From contig JAQGDQ010001253.1 of the NCBI GenBank assembly GCA_030141605.1, forward strand, positions 1-51,793: a stretch of DNA of 51,793 bases. Direction: 5' to 3'. The notes below the pieces were generated by a model, which made no database searches, was not told the origin of the DNA, and saw only the letters and a list, made by a program, of their open reading frames with translations. This document shows, piece by piece, positions 1 to 12,265 of the stretch. How positions within the stretch are numbered: position 1 is the stretch's first letter; every line of letters begins with the position of its first letter. This stretch comes from Tubiluchus corallicola (lineage: Eukaryota > Animalia > Priapulida). Position numbers and translations under genes: made by a program.

Positions 1-17
1 TAAATCACAATACACAC

Positions 18-60
<43 letters not shown>

Positions 61-66
<6 letters not shown>

Positions 67-234
67 GTAGATTCTCAAATTATACAATATATAGTCATAT
101 TTATGCACATTTTAGTATGAATATACACACATATCCACCCGTACATACACTATACATACATACATACATACATACATATATCTGTTTTTTAAATCCACTT
201 TAAAAATGAAGTTTAAATTAAAGAATTCAATAAG

Positions 235-328
<94 letters not shown>

Positions 329-422
329 GTAGATTTTCAAAATTATACAATATATAGTCATATTTATGCACATTTTAGTATGAATATACACACATATCCA
401 CCCGTACATACACTATACATAC
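61..422. repeat. Direct duplication of about 100 bp (61-160 / 323-422) with (TA)n and (CA)n tracts
   Basis: Direct sequence match. 181-237 also recurs at 1217-1272. Confidence 0.85.
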
Positions 423-1899
423 ACAGTGATGACATCACACAAAATGTTTATTGTATCAGATCGATGCATAAATAAATCAACAGAAGTATTGTATCAAATT
501 AGTAGTCAAAATTCGTGATCTGAATTCATGTTTATATATAGGGATATTATATATACAGTCCCTGGTCCCTTATATATAATTGGTCCCTTAACTGCCTTTC
601 AGAATTATTAAAAGTAAATACGTTCAATATTTGCTTGTTCTTATTCTCATATATATTTTTTAATTAATATATGTTATATAATTCTTACGTGTATGTGTGT
701 TTGTGCAATTTTACCAATTTATTGTAACATGAGTGTTGTAATAATTGTAATTTTAGTAGCCATGCATATTTCGTTTAATTAATTGGCTTTAGTAGTTTAG
801 AATGACCCTAACATTGCCATCAACAACGTCGGTGTCGTCATCATCATCGTCGTCGTCATCATCATCGTCTTCGTCGTCGTCGTCGTCGTCGTCATAATCC
901 TCATCATCATCATCATCATTTGAAAGCAACTTTTTTGCTGTAGTTGAACGTTGTTTACAACTGTTTACTAAAATAGCTGATGATGTTAATAATGTTGCCT
1001 TGATATTCATTCCTGTATTAAAATTTACTATTAATATGTTTTAGATGTTTAGAATGACCCTATTAACAGTTTAGTCAATCATAAAATGACTGACTGGTAC
1101 GTTGACACTTTGCTTGTCAATTTTGTACAAATTTTCAAATCATTTGCTTCTCAATTGCACGTATTTTTATGGAAACAAAGAATTTATACACGTGGTGATA
1201 CTTGTATCAGACACAATCTGTTTTTATATCCACTTCAAAAATGAAGTTTAAACTAAAGAATTCAATAAGTCAGTCAGACAAAACGTCAATAATACAACTG
1301 ACAGTTGACTCACAGAAAAGAAAACTTCTTACAAAGAAAAACTTTAGTAATACGTCACTATAAATACGCATGCGCACCAATTTTTCAGCACTACGTCTTA
1401 AGTTAAATATTATCAAAAATTACACTCGCCACAGTTCTTTTTTGATTAATTTTCTAAATAAATTGTGGTAAAAGTAAACACACTGCGTCCTGATTAAATC
1501 GATAATGAAAATTCCAATATTAGAAGCCTGCCGAAATTATTGCACGCTGTAATTCCTACATACAAACAAATTAGAAATGTAAACAACCCTTTTAGTACCA
1601 GTAAACTGTTGTTACCATAGTATATTAGACACCCATTTCATACTAAAATTTACAACTAAACGTATGAATACATTTAATATACTTCCAAAATGTGGTGACA
1701 ATAATTACATAGGCAAAATGTGCCAGTATAATCTTAGCTGAGTTAGGCCCATATTCGAATCGTAAACAATAATATTGCTTAATTTCGAGAAAAATTCATA
1801 TAGTTTCCTGAGTTACTAAGTCCCATAAACTAATAGCTTATAAAATGAACTTTTTAATACATCTCAACTAGATTTTAATATATCTTACATAGTCAATTT

Positions 1900-2425
1900 T
1901 TTATTATTTATTTCAGATTTCAGTGCAGCAGCTTCAATCCTGCTTAGCATGACAAAACATCTAAACACTTTACAACAAGAATTTCGGTATTTCATCTAGA
2001 ACTTTCAAGAAACTAAAAAATTCTCCTCAATCCGGCATTAATGACCATATTTGTGCCGCTTACCACAAAGCTACAAATAACTGGAACTTAATTAACCAAA
2101 GTTTATCTATCTACCCTAATAAACCTTTTAATTTACAGAGCAGTTCAATTCCTTTAACTTTATTTTCCAACTCTTAGCAGTTTGTTACTGTATCAATTTC
2201 TTTTCTACTGGTCAGTTTATTCATTAACTATTTGGCTTCTGCTAAATACATAATTAGTGTACTATATAATATGTTTTATACTGTAGGTTCTGCCTATATA
2301 AACTGGTTGTATGATAGTAAAAATTTACAACTGATGATGACAGCAGTAGCTTCGTCGAAACGTTTGACATGATTTTTTAACTATGTAAATTGAAAGTTTT
2401 AATAAAGTTGTGGTGTTTTAATTAT
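1900..2425 (+). mobile_element. Penelope-like element (PLE) 3' remnant: decayed GIY-YIG endonuclease plus pLTR with hammerhead motif
   Basis: Manual translation across stops and frameshifts: IIYFRFQCSSFNPA*HDKTSKHFTTRIS..., KNSPQSGINDHICAAYH, LINQSLSIYPNKPFNLQSSSIPLTLF, matching the PLE endonuclease pattern VY.F.C..C...Y.G.T.R....R..EH...SAI..H...ESL.I...P.LN. Followed by ctgatga-t-gac..gtc-gaaacgtt (2331-2364) and aataaa (2401). Confidence 0.8.
2331..2365 (+). ncRNA. Minimal type I hammerhead ribozyme motif (PLE-associated)
   Basis: Core CUGAUGA, extra U, stem II gac/gtc, GAAAC, loop-less palindromic stem III (aacgtt). Stem I is decayed. Confidence 0.6.
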
Positions 2426-2547
2426 ACATGTCACATAGTATATTAAGAATTTTCGCCATTAGGTGTTTTACATATATAACATAACGTGTATACTCAATTC
2501 ACGTTAGGTGTATTCAAATTACACGAATCGCCAAATTTGTTGTTATC

Positions 2548-2548
<1 letters not shown>

Positions 2549-2584
<36 letters not shown>

Positions 2585-2720
2585 CATAATCATAATCATA
2601 ATCATAATCATAATCATAATAATCATCATAATCATAATCATAATGATAATAATCATCATAATCATAATCATAATGATAATCATAATAATGACAATCATAA
2701 TAATGACAATCATAATAATG

Positions 2721-2766
<46 letters not shown>
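2549..2766. repeat. (AAT)n/(AATCAT)n microsatellite
   Basis: Direct inspection. Confidence 0.95.
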
Positions 2767-2767
<1 letters not shown>

Positions 2768-2838
2768 CCAACAAAATGACAATTTTCATGTTCACGACAT
2801 GAACGTACGTATAATTAGTGTTTAGTTTTCATTGCTGT

Positions 2839-3198
2839 GTTAACCCTTTGAGGACCACAAACTACTAAGTTACAACATTGTTCTGCTAACCTTTTGAGGA
2901 CCACAAGCAACTAAGTTACAACATTGTTGTGTTAACCCTTTGAGGACCACAAGCTACTAAGTTACAACATTGTTGTGTTAACCCTTTGAGGACCACAAGC
3001 TACTAAGTTACAACATTGTTGTGTTAACCCTTTGAGGACCACAAGCAACTAAGTTACAACATTGTTGTGTTAACCCTTTGAGGACCACAAGCTACTAAGT
3101 TACAACATTGTTCTGCTAACCCTTTGAGGACCACAAGCTACTAAGTTACAACATTGTTGTGTTAACCCGTTGAGGACCACAAGCTACTAAGTTACAAC
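2839..3198. repeat. 46-bp minisatellite, about 8 copies
   Basis: Unit gttaaccctttgaggaccacaagctactaagttacaacattgttgt. Confidence 0.95.
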
Positions 3199-4035
3199 TT
3201 TTATCAAAACTCTTCAGTTTCTGGTAGCCCTTTTCATGCCTTTGCAAAATATCAATATTGTTTTTACTTGCACTTTAGTAATTTATAGTTACAAACTGGG
3301 ACATATTATTATTAGTATATAATTAAAATTATAAGTATAAATTATTACTATGTAGCTTACAATTAAATTAAAAAATAAAACAGCAAATATTTTGTAATAT
3401 TTGTTTACTGAACTTCGTTCTGCTTATACAAGTTAGTAGAAGAAGTTTATTTAAGAAATACTTGTTAACTTAAAAATTTTACAAATTTAAATTCAATTTG
3501 TAATTATATTAGATTAAGGTTAATTTTAATTGACAGGAGAATTTTGTACCAAAAATGCCACAGCTAGCTTATCTAACCCAGTTCGTTGGTTTCACCGTAG
3601 AAGAATGTATTCGAAGTTGTACACGGGCGGCGCTACTATTACTCATGGTTCAACAACGTACTTGTACGCTTACATTAGCATCTTTAAGCGTTTAAAATAA
3701 ATATTTGCGACACGTGAATAATATTGGGTGTACCAATTAACAGTATTATATATCAGTATGTTTAAAATCTGCAAATTCTTAATTTGTAGAACAATTATGG
3801 CGGTACATATATATCCCTAAACAAAGAAATGCCTTGTGTTTTTCTATTAAACGAGCCATTTAAACTAGTTTATACATTATTGTTTTGTACCTATACAAAT
3901 TCATGGTGAATTGTAGGTCTCTATCATAGCCATGGCTTCTATGTAGAAATCGTGAGTGAAGCCCAAAGGTACGACTCCATGTGCACGAATTAATAATCGA
4001 AAAACTATAATTTAACATTAATTGAAAAGTGTTTG

Positions 4036-5468
4036 TCTCTTCCATCTCATTACTGAATGCGACCTCTTCCATCTCATTACCGAATGGGCCCTCTGCCATC
4101 TCATTAGCGAATGGGACCTCTTCCATCTCATTACCGAATGGGCCCTCTTCCATCTCATTATGAATGGGACCTCTTCCATCTCATTACGAATGGGCCCCCT
4201 TCCATCTCATTACCAAATGGGCCCTCTTCCATCACATTACCGAATGGGACCTCTTCCATCTCATTACCGAATGGGCCCTCTTCCATCTCATTACCGAATG
4301 GGACCGCTTCCATCTCATTACCGAATGGGCCCTCTTCCATCTCATTATGAATGGGACCTCTTCCATCTCATTACGAATGGGCCCTCTTTCATCTCATTAT
4401 GAATGGGACCTCTTCCATCTCATTACGAATGGGACCTCTTCCATCTCATTACCGAATGGGCCCTCTTCCATCTCATTACCGAATGGGCCCTCTTCCATCT
4501 CATTACCGAATGGGCCCTCTTCCATCTCATTACCGAATGGGCCCTCTTACATCTCATTATCGAATGGGACCTCTTCCATCTCATTACCGAATGGGACCTC
4601 TTCCATCTCATTACCGAATGGGACCTCTTCCATCTCATTACCGAATGGGCCCTCTTCCATCTCATTACGAATGGGCCCTCTTCCATCTCATTACCGAAAG
4701 GGCCCTCTTCCATCTCATTACCGAATGGGACCTCTTCCATCTCATTATGAATGGGACCTCTTCCATCTCATTACCGAATGGGCCCTCTTCCATCTCATTA
4801 CCGAATGGGACCTCTTCCATCTCATTACCGAATGGGACCTCTTCCATCTCATTAGCGAATGGGACCTATTCCATCTCATTACCGAATGGGACCTCTTCCA
4901 TCTCATTACCGAATGGGCCCTCTTCCATCTCATTACGAATGGGCCCTCTTCCATCTCATTACCGAATGGGACCTCTTCCATCTCATTACCGAATGGGCCC
5001 TCTTCCATCTCATTATGAATGGGACCTCTTCCATCTCATTACGAATGGGCCCTCTTCCATCTCATTATGAATGGGACCTCTTCCATCTCATTACGAATGG
5101 GCCCTCTTCCATCTTATTACCGAATGGGACCTCTTCCATCTCATTACCGAATGGGCCCTCTTCCATCTCATTACCGAATGGGCCCTCTTCCATCTCATTA
5201 CCGAATGGGCCCTCTTCCATCTCATTACCGAATGGGCCCTCTTCCATCTCATTACCGAATGGGACCTCTTCCATCTCATTACCGAATGGGCCCTCTTCCA
5301 TCTCATTACCGAATGGGACCTCTTCCATCTTATTACCGAATGGGCCCTCTTCCATCTCATTAGCGAATGGGCCCTCTTCCGTCTCATTACCGAATGGGCC
5401 CTCTTCCATCTCATTACCGAATGGCACCTCTTCCATCTCATTATGAATGGGCCCTCTTCCATCTCATC
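4036..5468. repeat. 27-bp minisatellite (with 26-bp variants), roughly 50 copies
   Basis: Unit ccgaatggg(c/a)cctcttccatctcatta. Confidence 0.97.
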
Positions 5469-5749
5469 TTCCCACTCAATCGAAGGATAGTTTTGCACAT
5501 AAAATCCCGCGGCATAGGCTTATTAATATGGAAAACGCTGCTTTTTCGTACCAAGCATTCCCTGGCTGGTCGTAAAACCCAACACGGAATAAAACTCAAA
5601 GAAACCGACAAAGAGAAGAGAGCTCTGTGCAAATCCCTGTAGCATAAAGATATTGCTTAATGTTGTTCAATGCACCTAATGTACATTTAGCCAACATGAT
5701 AGCATCCCGTGTACTTTGGCCTTTTTCTTGCATGCTACTGCTGCTGTAC

Positions 5750-6389
5750 CATCATCGCCATTACCATCAGCATTAATCATCATCATCATCCTCATCATCA
5801 TCATCATCATCATCATCACCATCGTCATCACCATCACCATCATCATCATCGTCGTCATCATCGTCATCATCATGATCATCTTCATCTTCATCACTATCAC
5901 CACCACCATCATCATCATCATCGTCATCATCATCATCATCATCATCATCATCTTCATCATCATCTTCATCATCATCATCATCATCATCGTCGTCGTCGTC
6001 ATGATTATCTTCATCATCAGCAGCACTGAATCATTATTGAGCAATAACATTCATAGCATCCACGATGGCCACCAACATTTCCACAATTACTGCCATTAAT
6101 ACAAACTACAACCATAACAAACCTATTTGAATAAGAGTAACAACAGGTTAAGAAGTAAAAGTAAAATGCACAATGCACTGCAGTAGCAATAGCAGAAGCA
6201 ACAGCAGTGACAGCAAGGATGACGATGACAACAACAACAACAACGACGACGACGACGACGACGACAACAACAACAACAACAGCAACAACAACAACAATAA
6301 CAACAACCACGACGACGACGACCACAGCAACAGCAAGAACAACAACCACGACAACGACGACCACAGCAACAGCGAGAACAACAACAACC

Positions 6390-6425
<36 letters not shown>

Positions 6426-6710
6426 CGACTGCAGCAAATGTAGCAGCAGAACCTACAACAAGAATAACAAGATAATGACACAACAAACAACAAAAAATAC
6501 TAGTGTTAACAACAGCATCGTTTGATATGCCAACAACAGTAACGACAATGAAATCTGCAATAACAATAGCAGCAACAGCAGCAGCAACAACAACAACAAC
6601 AACAAACAACGACAGCAACAGCGGCAACAACAACGACAGTGACAGCTACCATACCAATAGCAACAGCAGCAACAACAAAAACCTCAACAACAACAGCAAC
6701 AACAAATACA
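5750..6710. repeat. Compound trinucleotide microsatellites (CAT)n, (AAC/GAC/AGC)n
   Basis: Direct inspection. Confidence 0.95.
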
Positions 6711-8046
6711 AAAATTCCTGCTAGCATCATTTCCAATTTTGCAAGTTTTACATCTTTCGTGAAAATCATGACGTCATTTCCCGTTCTACCTTGTCTATAG
6801 GGAACGTCGACTTTGATTTTTCGCATAATTTTCTCAATTTCCCTTAGTTTAGTTTATAATTTATTATGTTGTACATATATGTACTACAGTAATTAATGTC
6901 AAACATAGACAACGGTACCTACATGGTAAAATAAATTCAAAATCAGAGCAGTAGGTGTTTTTTTCCACAGTTCTGTAAATAAAAATGCTACTAAATCAAT
7001 CAATATAACTTGTTACAGTAAACTCGGGAGTGAGTGCAAATTACACACACCAGGTGCAAAATACGAGCTAATTATTATGGCAATTAACAAACCGTTAATT
7101 ACGACATGGAGACAGCGTTAATTTATAGCCATTGATTCGCCTTTATTACTGTGCAAAACCTCTTTCAATTTCGGGAACATTTTTGATTTTCTTTGCTCAA
7201 TGCACTCTTTCAGATAAGTTCTCCCATATTGCTAAAATCTAGAGGAATTGAGTCAGGACTGTTTTCTAAGCTATGTTCATAAAGAAATATCAAAAGTTGT
7301 ATTACTTTTTCATATGAAACAGCTAATTATAGAAAATTATCCGTTCTTTGTTAGGGAAATACAATTTTAAAGACCCCAGTTTTAAAAAAATTCAGTAAAA
7401 TAAAACACAAATTTGCAACAAATTCTTCTTTGTGTATAAATCATATACATTCATTCTTGTTCTGTTAATTTCCATGCTTCTTTGGCTTTCGATTTTGGTT
7501 TTATTAAGGAACTTGCAAGTAATGTTTTTTTGGACAACCCTGTACATTCTCCATTTTCCGTTTGTTCCATTTTTTGCTTAGTTTGCGCTATAAATCTTCA
7601 TTTGGATTTAGTAACAAACGTGCAATAAGCACCTCGTGTAATTAGTAAAATAACTTTAAAGTCGCGATCACTTCATGCTTGGACGCTCCCATTTTCGACG
7701 CCCATTCTTTCACCAATGACGTCATTCGTCTTGAAGAAAAGTAGCGCACTGTTAATCATCATTAAAAGCCTAATAAGTTTTTACAAAAGAATTAGACAGC
7801 TAATTTTGTAATATTTTTGCATGAATGTTAGGTAAATTGCAGAAGCTTAAATTAGTTTATTGCAGCGGAAAGCCACGACGCGTTTACGTCATGAAAAGTC
7901 ACGAAGACTCCCAGTTTACGTCATGATTTTCAAGTGAATGGCAGCAACCACCAAGTCTGAAAATTTCTATTCAGAGCTAGTTTATTTTAAATTTATGCTT
8001 TATAGGCATTTCATTGCAAATTTCTTAGTTATAGTTTTCTAAGCTT

Positions 8047-8455
8047 AAGCGATAACAGTAAAATAAACTCAACATACTAAGTGACTTGTTTTTTCCTTTA
8101 GCACACCACAAACAGTTTAAGTGATAACAGTAAAATAGACCCGACATACTGAGTGACTTGTTCTTTCCTTTAGCACACCACAAACAGTTTAAGCGATAAC
8201 AGTAAAATAAACTCAACATACTAAGTGACTTGTTCTTTCCTTTAGCACACCACAAACAGTTTAAGTGATAACAGTAAAATAGACCCGACATACTGAGTGA
8301 CTTGTCCTTTCCTTTAGCACACCACAAACAGTTTAAGTGATAACAGTAAAATAAACTCAACATACTAAGTGACTTGTTCTTTCCTTTAGCACACCACAAA
8401 CAGTTTAAGTGACAACAGTAAAATAAACTCAACATACTGAGTGACTTGTTTTTTC
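8047..8455. repeat. 72-bp minisatellite, about 5.7 copies, alternating A/B variants
   Basis: Unit starts at 8047, 8119, 8191, 8263, 8335 and 8407. Confidence 0.95.
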
Positions 8456-8756
8456 TTTAAAATCGCGACCGCAAAAATAACGTGATTGTAAATAAGCCTT
8501 TTAAAAAATTCACCAAAAATTTATTTCTTTTTTTCTGAAAATGGGCGAATAGTGACAAGTTTTAAAAAGATACAAAATTTAAAGATTTTAATGCAGTTTA
8601 AACAAACAACCTCAAATTTTCAAAAAAAAGAAAAATATAGTTAAGTTTAATTTCACTTACATTAAAAATACTGGTTTAATTTCTTTTAATCATTTTTCTC
8701 ATTTGACCAATAGCTTACTGGGCAACACTATATTCACTCAGGCACTTCAAATCATT

Positions 8757-9105
8757 TATTATTAAAACAGCTCAACCTTTATTAAAAATTTTAATTTGCA
8801 ACTGTTAAAAAACATGTCCAAACGTTTCGAAGACTTCTGCCTACATAAACACTACACTAATTCTTTTCTATTTCTTTTTATTTTATTTTCTACAGGTCTG
8901 TTTATTCATTGCTTTGGCTTCTTTGTATATACACAATTAGTGCATAATTTTCTATGCTGTAGACTTTGCCTATATAACTGGTTTCTTATTTTGTATAGTG
9001 TACCGCTGATGATGACAGCTGATCAAGCTGTAGAAACGTTTGGACATGTTTTTAAACAGTTGTAAATTAAAGTTTTAAACAAAAGTTGTGCTGTTTTAGT
9101 AATAA
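8757..9105 (+). mobile_element. PLE pLTR copy (same family as 2185-2425) with inverted terminal duplication and hammerhead-like motif at 9006-9045
   Basis: 8885-9105 aligns to about 2195-2420. 8757-8830 is an inverted copy of 9032-9105. Motif ctgatga-t-gacagct-gatca-agctgt-a-gaaacgtt. Confidence 0.75.
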
Positions 9106-9945
9106 CTTCATATATATATATATATATATACCTATATGTAGACCTATGATATACATATCATATTATTACCAATGCAATAAAGACAATATCGATACAACAA
9201 AAACTATATAGTCAAATTAACATCTGTTTTTTATTTTTTAGCTTTGACAGCATCGAATGTTAATTTTATCACTTTCCTAGCAAAAATGAGTGGTTAAGTG
9301 TATCTAGTTTTTATCCTATTAAATTTATATAAAAACTGAATAAAAGTTCTCGACTTTATGGGATTTTAAACGGCTTACTTTTTTTTGTTCCCACGTTCTA
9401 TACAGCGTTACTGACGACGCAAGCCCCATGTGCAAAAAAGCAGTACGTAAGTGGTATAAAATTTCAAGACGAATTTTTTAAGCTTTACGTCACGTGGTTA
9501 GTCTCTAAATAGGCTTATTATTCATTCATCCTGGGATGACTGCTCACCAGGCTTCAACCAATTAGCTTGTTGCTGCTGAAGAGGGTTGGGCTAGGTTGTG
9601 TAATTACGTAATTCCATTGGCAGTATAACCAATTTTATGAATGTCAGACGCTTTGTATAAAACCTGGTACCATAATGGTCTTTTCACTTATCGCGAAATG
9701 AATTTTCAACCAGCAAAGATAGCCATCTTGACTTGTCGATGACTCCACGCGTTTATGTGCACCGCGCAAGTAAACCTGCTATCCTAAAAATTTCAGAATG
9801 ATAAAAAATGGGTTGATTGCTGCTCAGAGCAGCATCTCGAGTATAAAAGAGGCCCAGTATTGTAGAGTTCAGGATTCAGAATAAAATAGTTCACGCTGGC
9901 TTCTCTTGGTTTTTATTTATTTTTAGTTATCTAGTTCTTTTAGTT

Positions 9946-10338
9946 TTTATTTGGTTTTCAAAGTTAAGATTTTTGTGAAATCATATATATTTATATTTTT
10001 ATTTATGGTAATATTCAGTGTCGGCTGGTGTATAGGTACTGTGGTACTGCAGCAACCAATGTTTTCACTCATTATTATCGATAATATTCAATATATGGTA
10101 ATAATCTTTTTTCCATTTCCAACACTGCCATCTGCAACGTTTCAGCAGTAACATGATCATGATCACACATCAATGTACCTAATAAAAATATTCTGTACAA
10201 AATGTATAAAAATTAATATTATAGTCCAAAAATTCACACTGTGAAAAAGCAAATAAAACAATTACTAAGTTTACAATAAGCCTTTTCACAGTTCCAGCGA
10301 TTGATGACGATCCTGAAAAGGTCAAAGGTTAAGTGTAC
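9946..10338 (+). repeat. Dispersed repeat of about 390 bp, second copy at 48782-49168
   Basis: Direct near-identity from ttttatttggttttcaaagttaag to ttaagtgtac. Confidence 0.9.
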
Positions 10339-10558
10339 TAGACCAGTAAAGAAATTGATACAGCACTAATTATGTATTTACAAAAACCAAATAGGTAATG
10401 ATTAAGCAGACCAGTATTATAATAATAGTATCATTTTTCGCTCCCCGTTCCTCCCGGTGGGCCTGATTCGAAAAATGGGACGACACTAGATCGAGAGTTT
10501 TCGTTTGATATGTAGATGCCCTTCTGAGAGATGTAGCGTCGAATCTTACATATAAAGA

Positions 10559-10805
10559 GACAGTAATTTAAAATTTCACTTAGTTAGTGACGTGTGCACT
10601 ACGAATGCTCTGATTATTTTTTCAAACTTCACTCAGTGTTATTTAAAGTTGTTAAAAATGACATATCGTCAAAATGGCTGCGTCTAACAATCATCGCGGG
10701 AGTTCAAATTTACACGTTTTGTACAGCATTACTGCCGACTTAAGCCCTGCATGCAAAAAGTAGTAAGTGGTGTAACATTTCAAGATGAACTTTTTAAGCT
10801 TTATG
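10559..10805 (+). repeat. Dispersed repeat fragments (10559-10710 matches 22679-22830; 10720-10803 matches 9400-9487)
   Basis: Shared cagtaatttaaaattt...ttagttagtgac...ctacgaatgctctgattattttttcaaactt and gtaagtggt.taa.atttcaaga.gaa.tttttaagcttta. Confidence 0.7.
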
Positions 10806-10952
10806 TAAGTGGAGGGGTTTTCTGGATATGAAACCTCCTAAATTAATATATCAGATTGTAGAAGTATAGTATATTTTATGCTTGTTTATACTACATGCTT
10901 TGTTGCTGCTGGTTTTTGTCCTGGTGGGTTTTCGTTCTATTATTATTTGTTA

Positions 10953-11315
10953 CGGAGGAGGTCAAGTGACCCAACGGCCATGTGTAGAGGAGTAAACCTT
11001 CCAAATCAGGAGTGGAGCCCCGAAGGCATGCTCACTGACTCCGGCAGCTTCTGCAGCCAACCTGATGCCAAACGTATCGCTCCGCTTTCCTTTTTACTAC
11101 ACCAGGGAGGAAGAGAGGGGGTTCCTGTTGTCTGGGCAACTCTGGATCTCTATACACCTTGCCCAGGCGTGCGCCCTGGAGAGGCCACTCCAGTGGTTCA
11201 AGGATCGGACTGCTCAGCCACAGTCGACGCTGCAGCTCCATCAACGTGATCAATAACTGACTCTCTTGGCGCACACTCCATTGTCTTCCGAGACAGAAGG
11301 ATGCCAACAGCAACA
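10953..11315 (+). mobile_element. 5'-truncated copy of the same SINE family, retaining the central domain
   Basis: Near-identical to 43512-43544 and 43549-43667, (AAC)n tail, perfect 11-bp TSD attatttgtta at 10942-10952 and 11316-11326. Confidence 0.88.
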
Positions 11316-12233
11316 ATTATTTGTTATTAATATCCAAACTATTGTAGATTTTCGTATCTTACTAATTCAACAATTTCACATTCTAAAGTACATCCATTCT
11401 CTTTTTGTTTGCCTTAGGTTTTGTTCCCCTGAGAATAGCTACAAAGTCCGGAGTAAATTTTATAGCTACATTTGCCGCTTCACTGGTATTAAGATAAGAT
11501 AAGACAAGAAAAAATAATTATTCAGGTTTAACTTGATTGGGCAAAACTCGTTTACAACAAGGTCCTGATGGATGCGCAGTTTACATATAATATTCAGGCT
11601 AACACCAAAAAACATTCTTTGAACAAAATGTAATGTCAAATTGTCAAATGTCAAACTTTAAAAGCAGGTCAAAACATGTCAACATTTAAAAGCAGGTCAA
11701 AAAGACGACGAAATTTAAAAAAAGTACAATACAATTAACTAGAATAACAATTTTGATAAAAAGCTTTAACGTGACGCTTAAACAAGTTAACATTGCTCCT
11801 TAATTCATTTGACAAGGAATCGCATACTTTTTTCCCTCACCCTTACGCCTCCCCCCCCCCCGTACTTTGGATAATTTTGCCCGGCTTGTGTTCGGCATAA
11901 CGGTTTTTGCAATTCATTTCATTTGGCTGCCCTGCTTCGATACTAATGCGAATATTCAAAAAAAGTGTTCATTTAAAGGATTTAGTATTGTATGCGTAGA
12001 GCACGCCACATGCTGTCGGATTTCCTCGGGGTAACCAGTTACGTTCTCTATATCTGGTGTTATTATTTCATTAGAGATAGACACGCGCCTATTATGAATC
12101 TTTTTCTTACGTTTATTACTGGTGTCTGTCGTTTAAGTCAAGTTCAAACGAACAGCTTGTTCAACAGGGTCATTCAACAAAGTTTCAACATCCACGTTTT
12201 TAGTACTCAAACTTCTAATTTAACTAACCGAAC

Positions 12234-12265
<32 letters not shown>

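Noticed and set aside
2839-3198. CRISPR-like appearance of short regular repeats (also the 32-, 35- and 56-bp arrays)
   Set aside because: Head-to-tail units with no unique spacers, no cas genes, and a eukaryotic context.
4022-5498. Many overlapping ORFs up to 284 aa (MGPLPSHYR / EWALFHLIT / NGPSSISLP repeats)
   Set aside because: Products of a 27-bp minisatellite. Frequent 26-bp units shift the frame, so there is no frame conservation.
5676-6826. Poly-His, poly-Thr, poly-Val and poly-Cys ORFs
   Set aside because: Trinucleotide microsatellites. The same applies to the ORFs at 2.5, 19.7, 23.7, 26.5, 31.2, 36.6, 39.2, 45.3 and 47.5 kb.
7525-7545. Tc1/mariner-like end (ggacaaccctg-ta), with a matching ta-cagggttgtcc at 42119
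   Set aside because: The ends face outward and are 35 kb apart, and no partner ends were found nearby. At most these are isolated fragments.
10878-11316. 123-aa and 94-aa ORFs
   Set aside because: They fall within the GC-rich SINE body. The same applies to the ORFs at 43345-43728.
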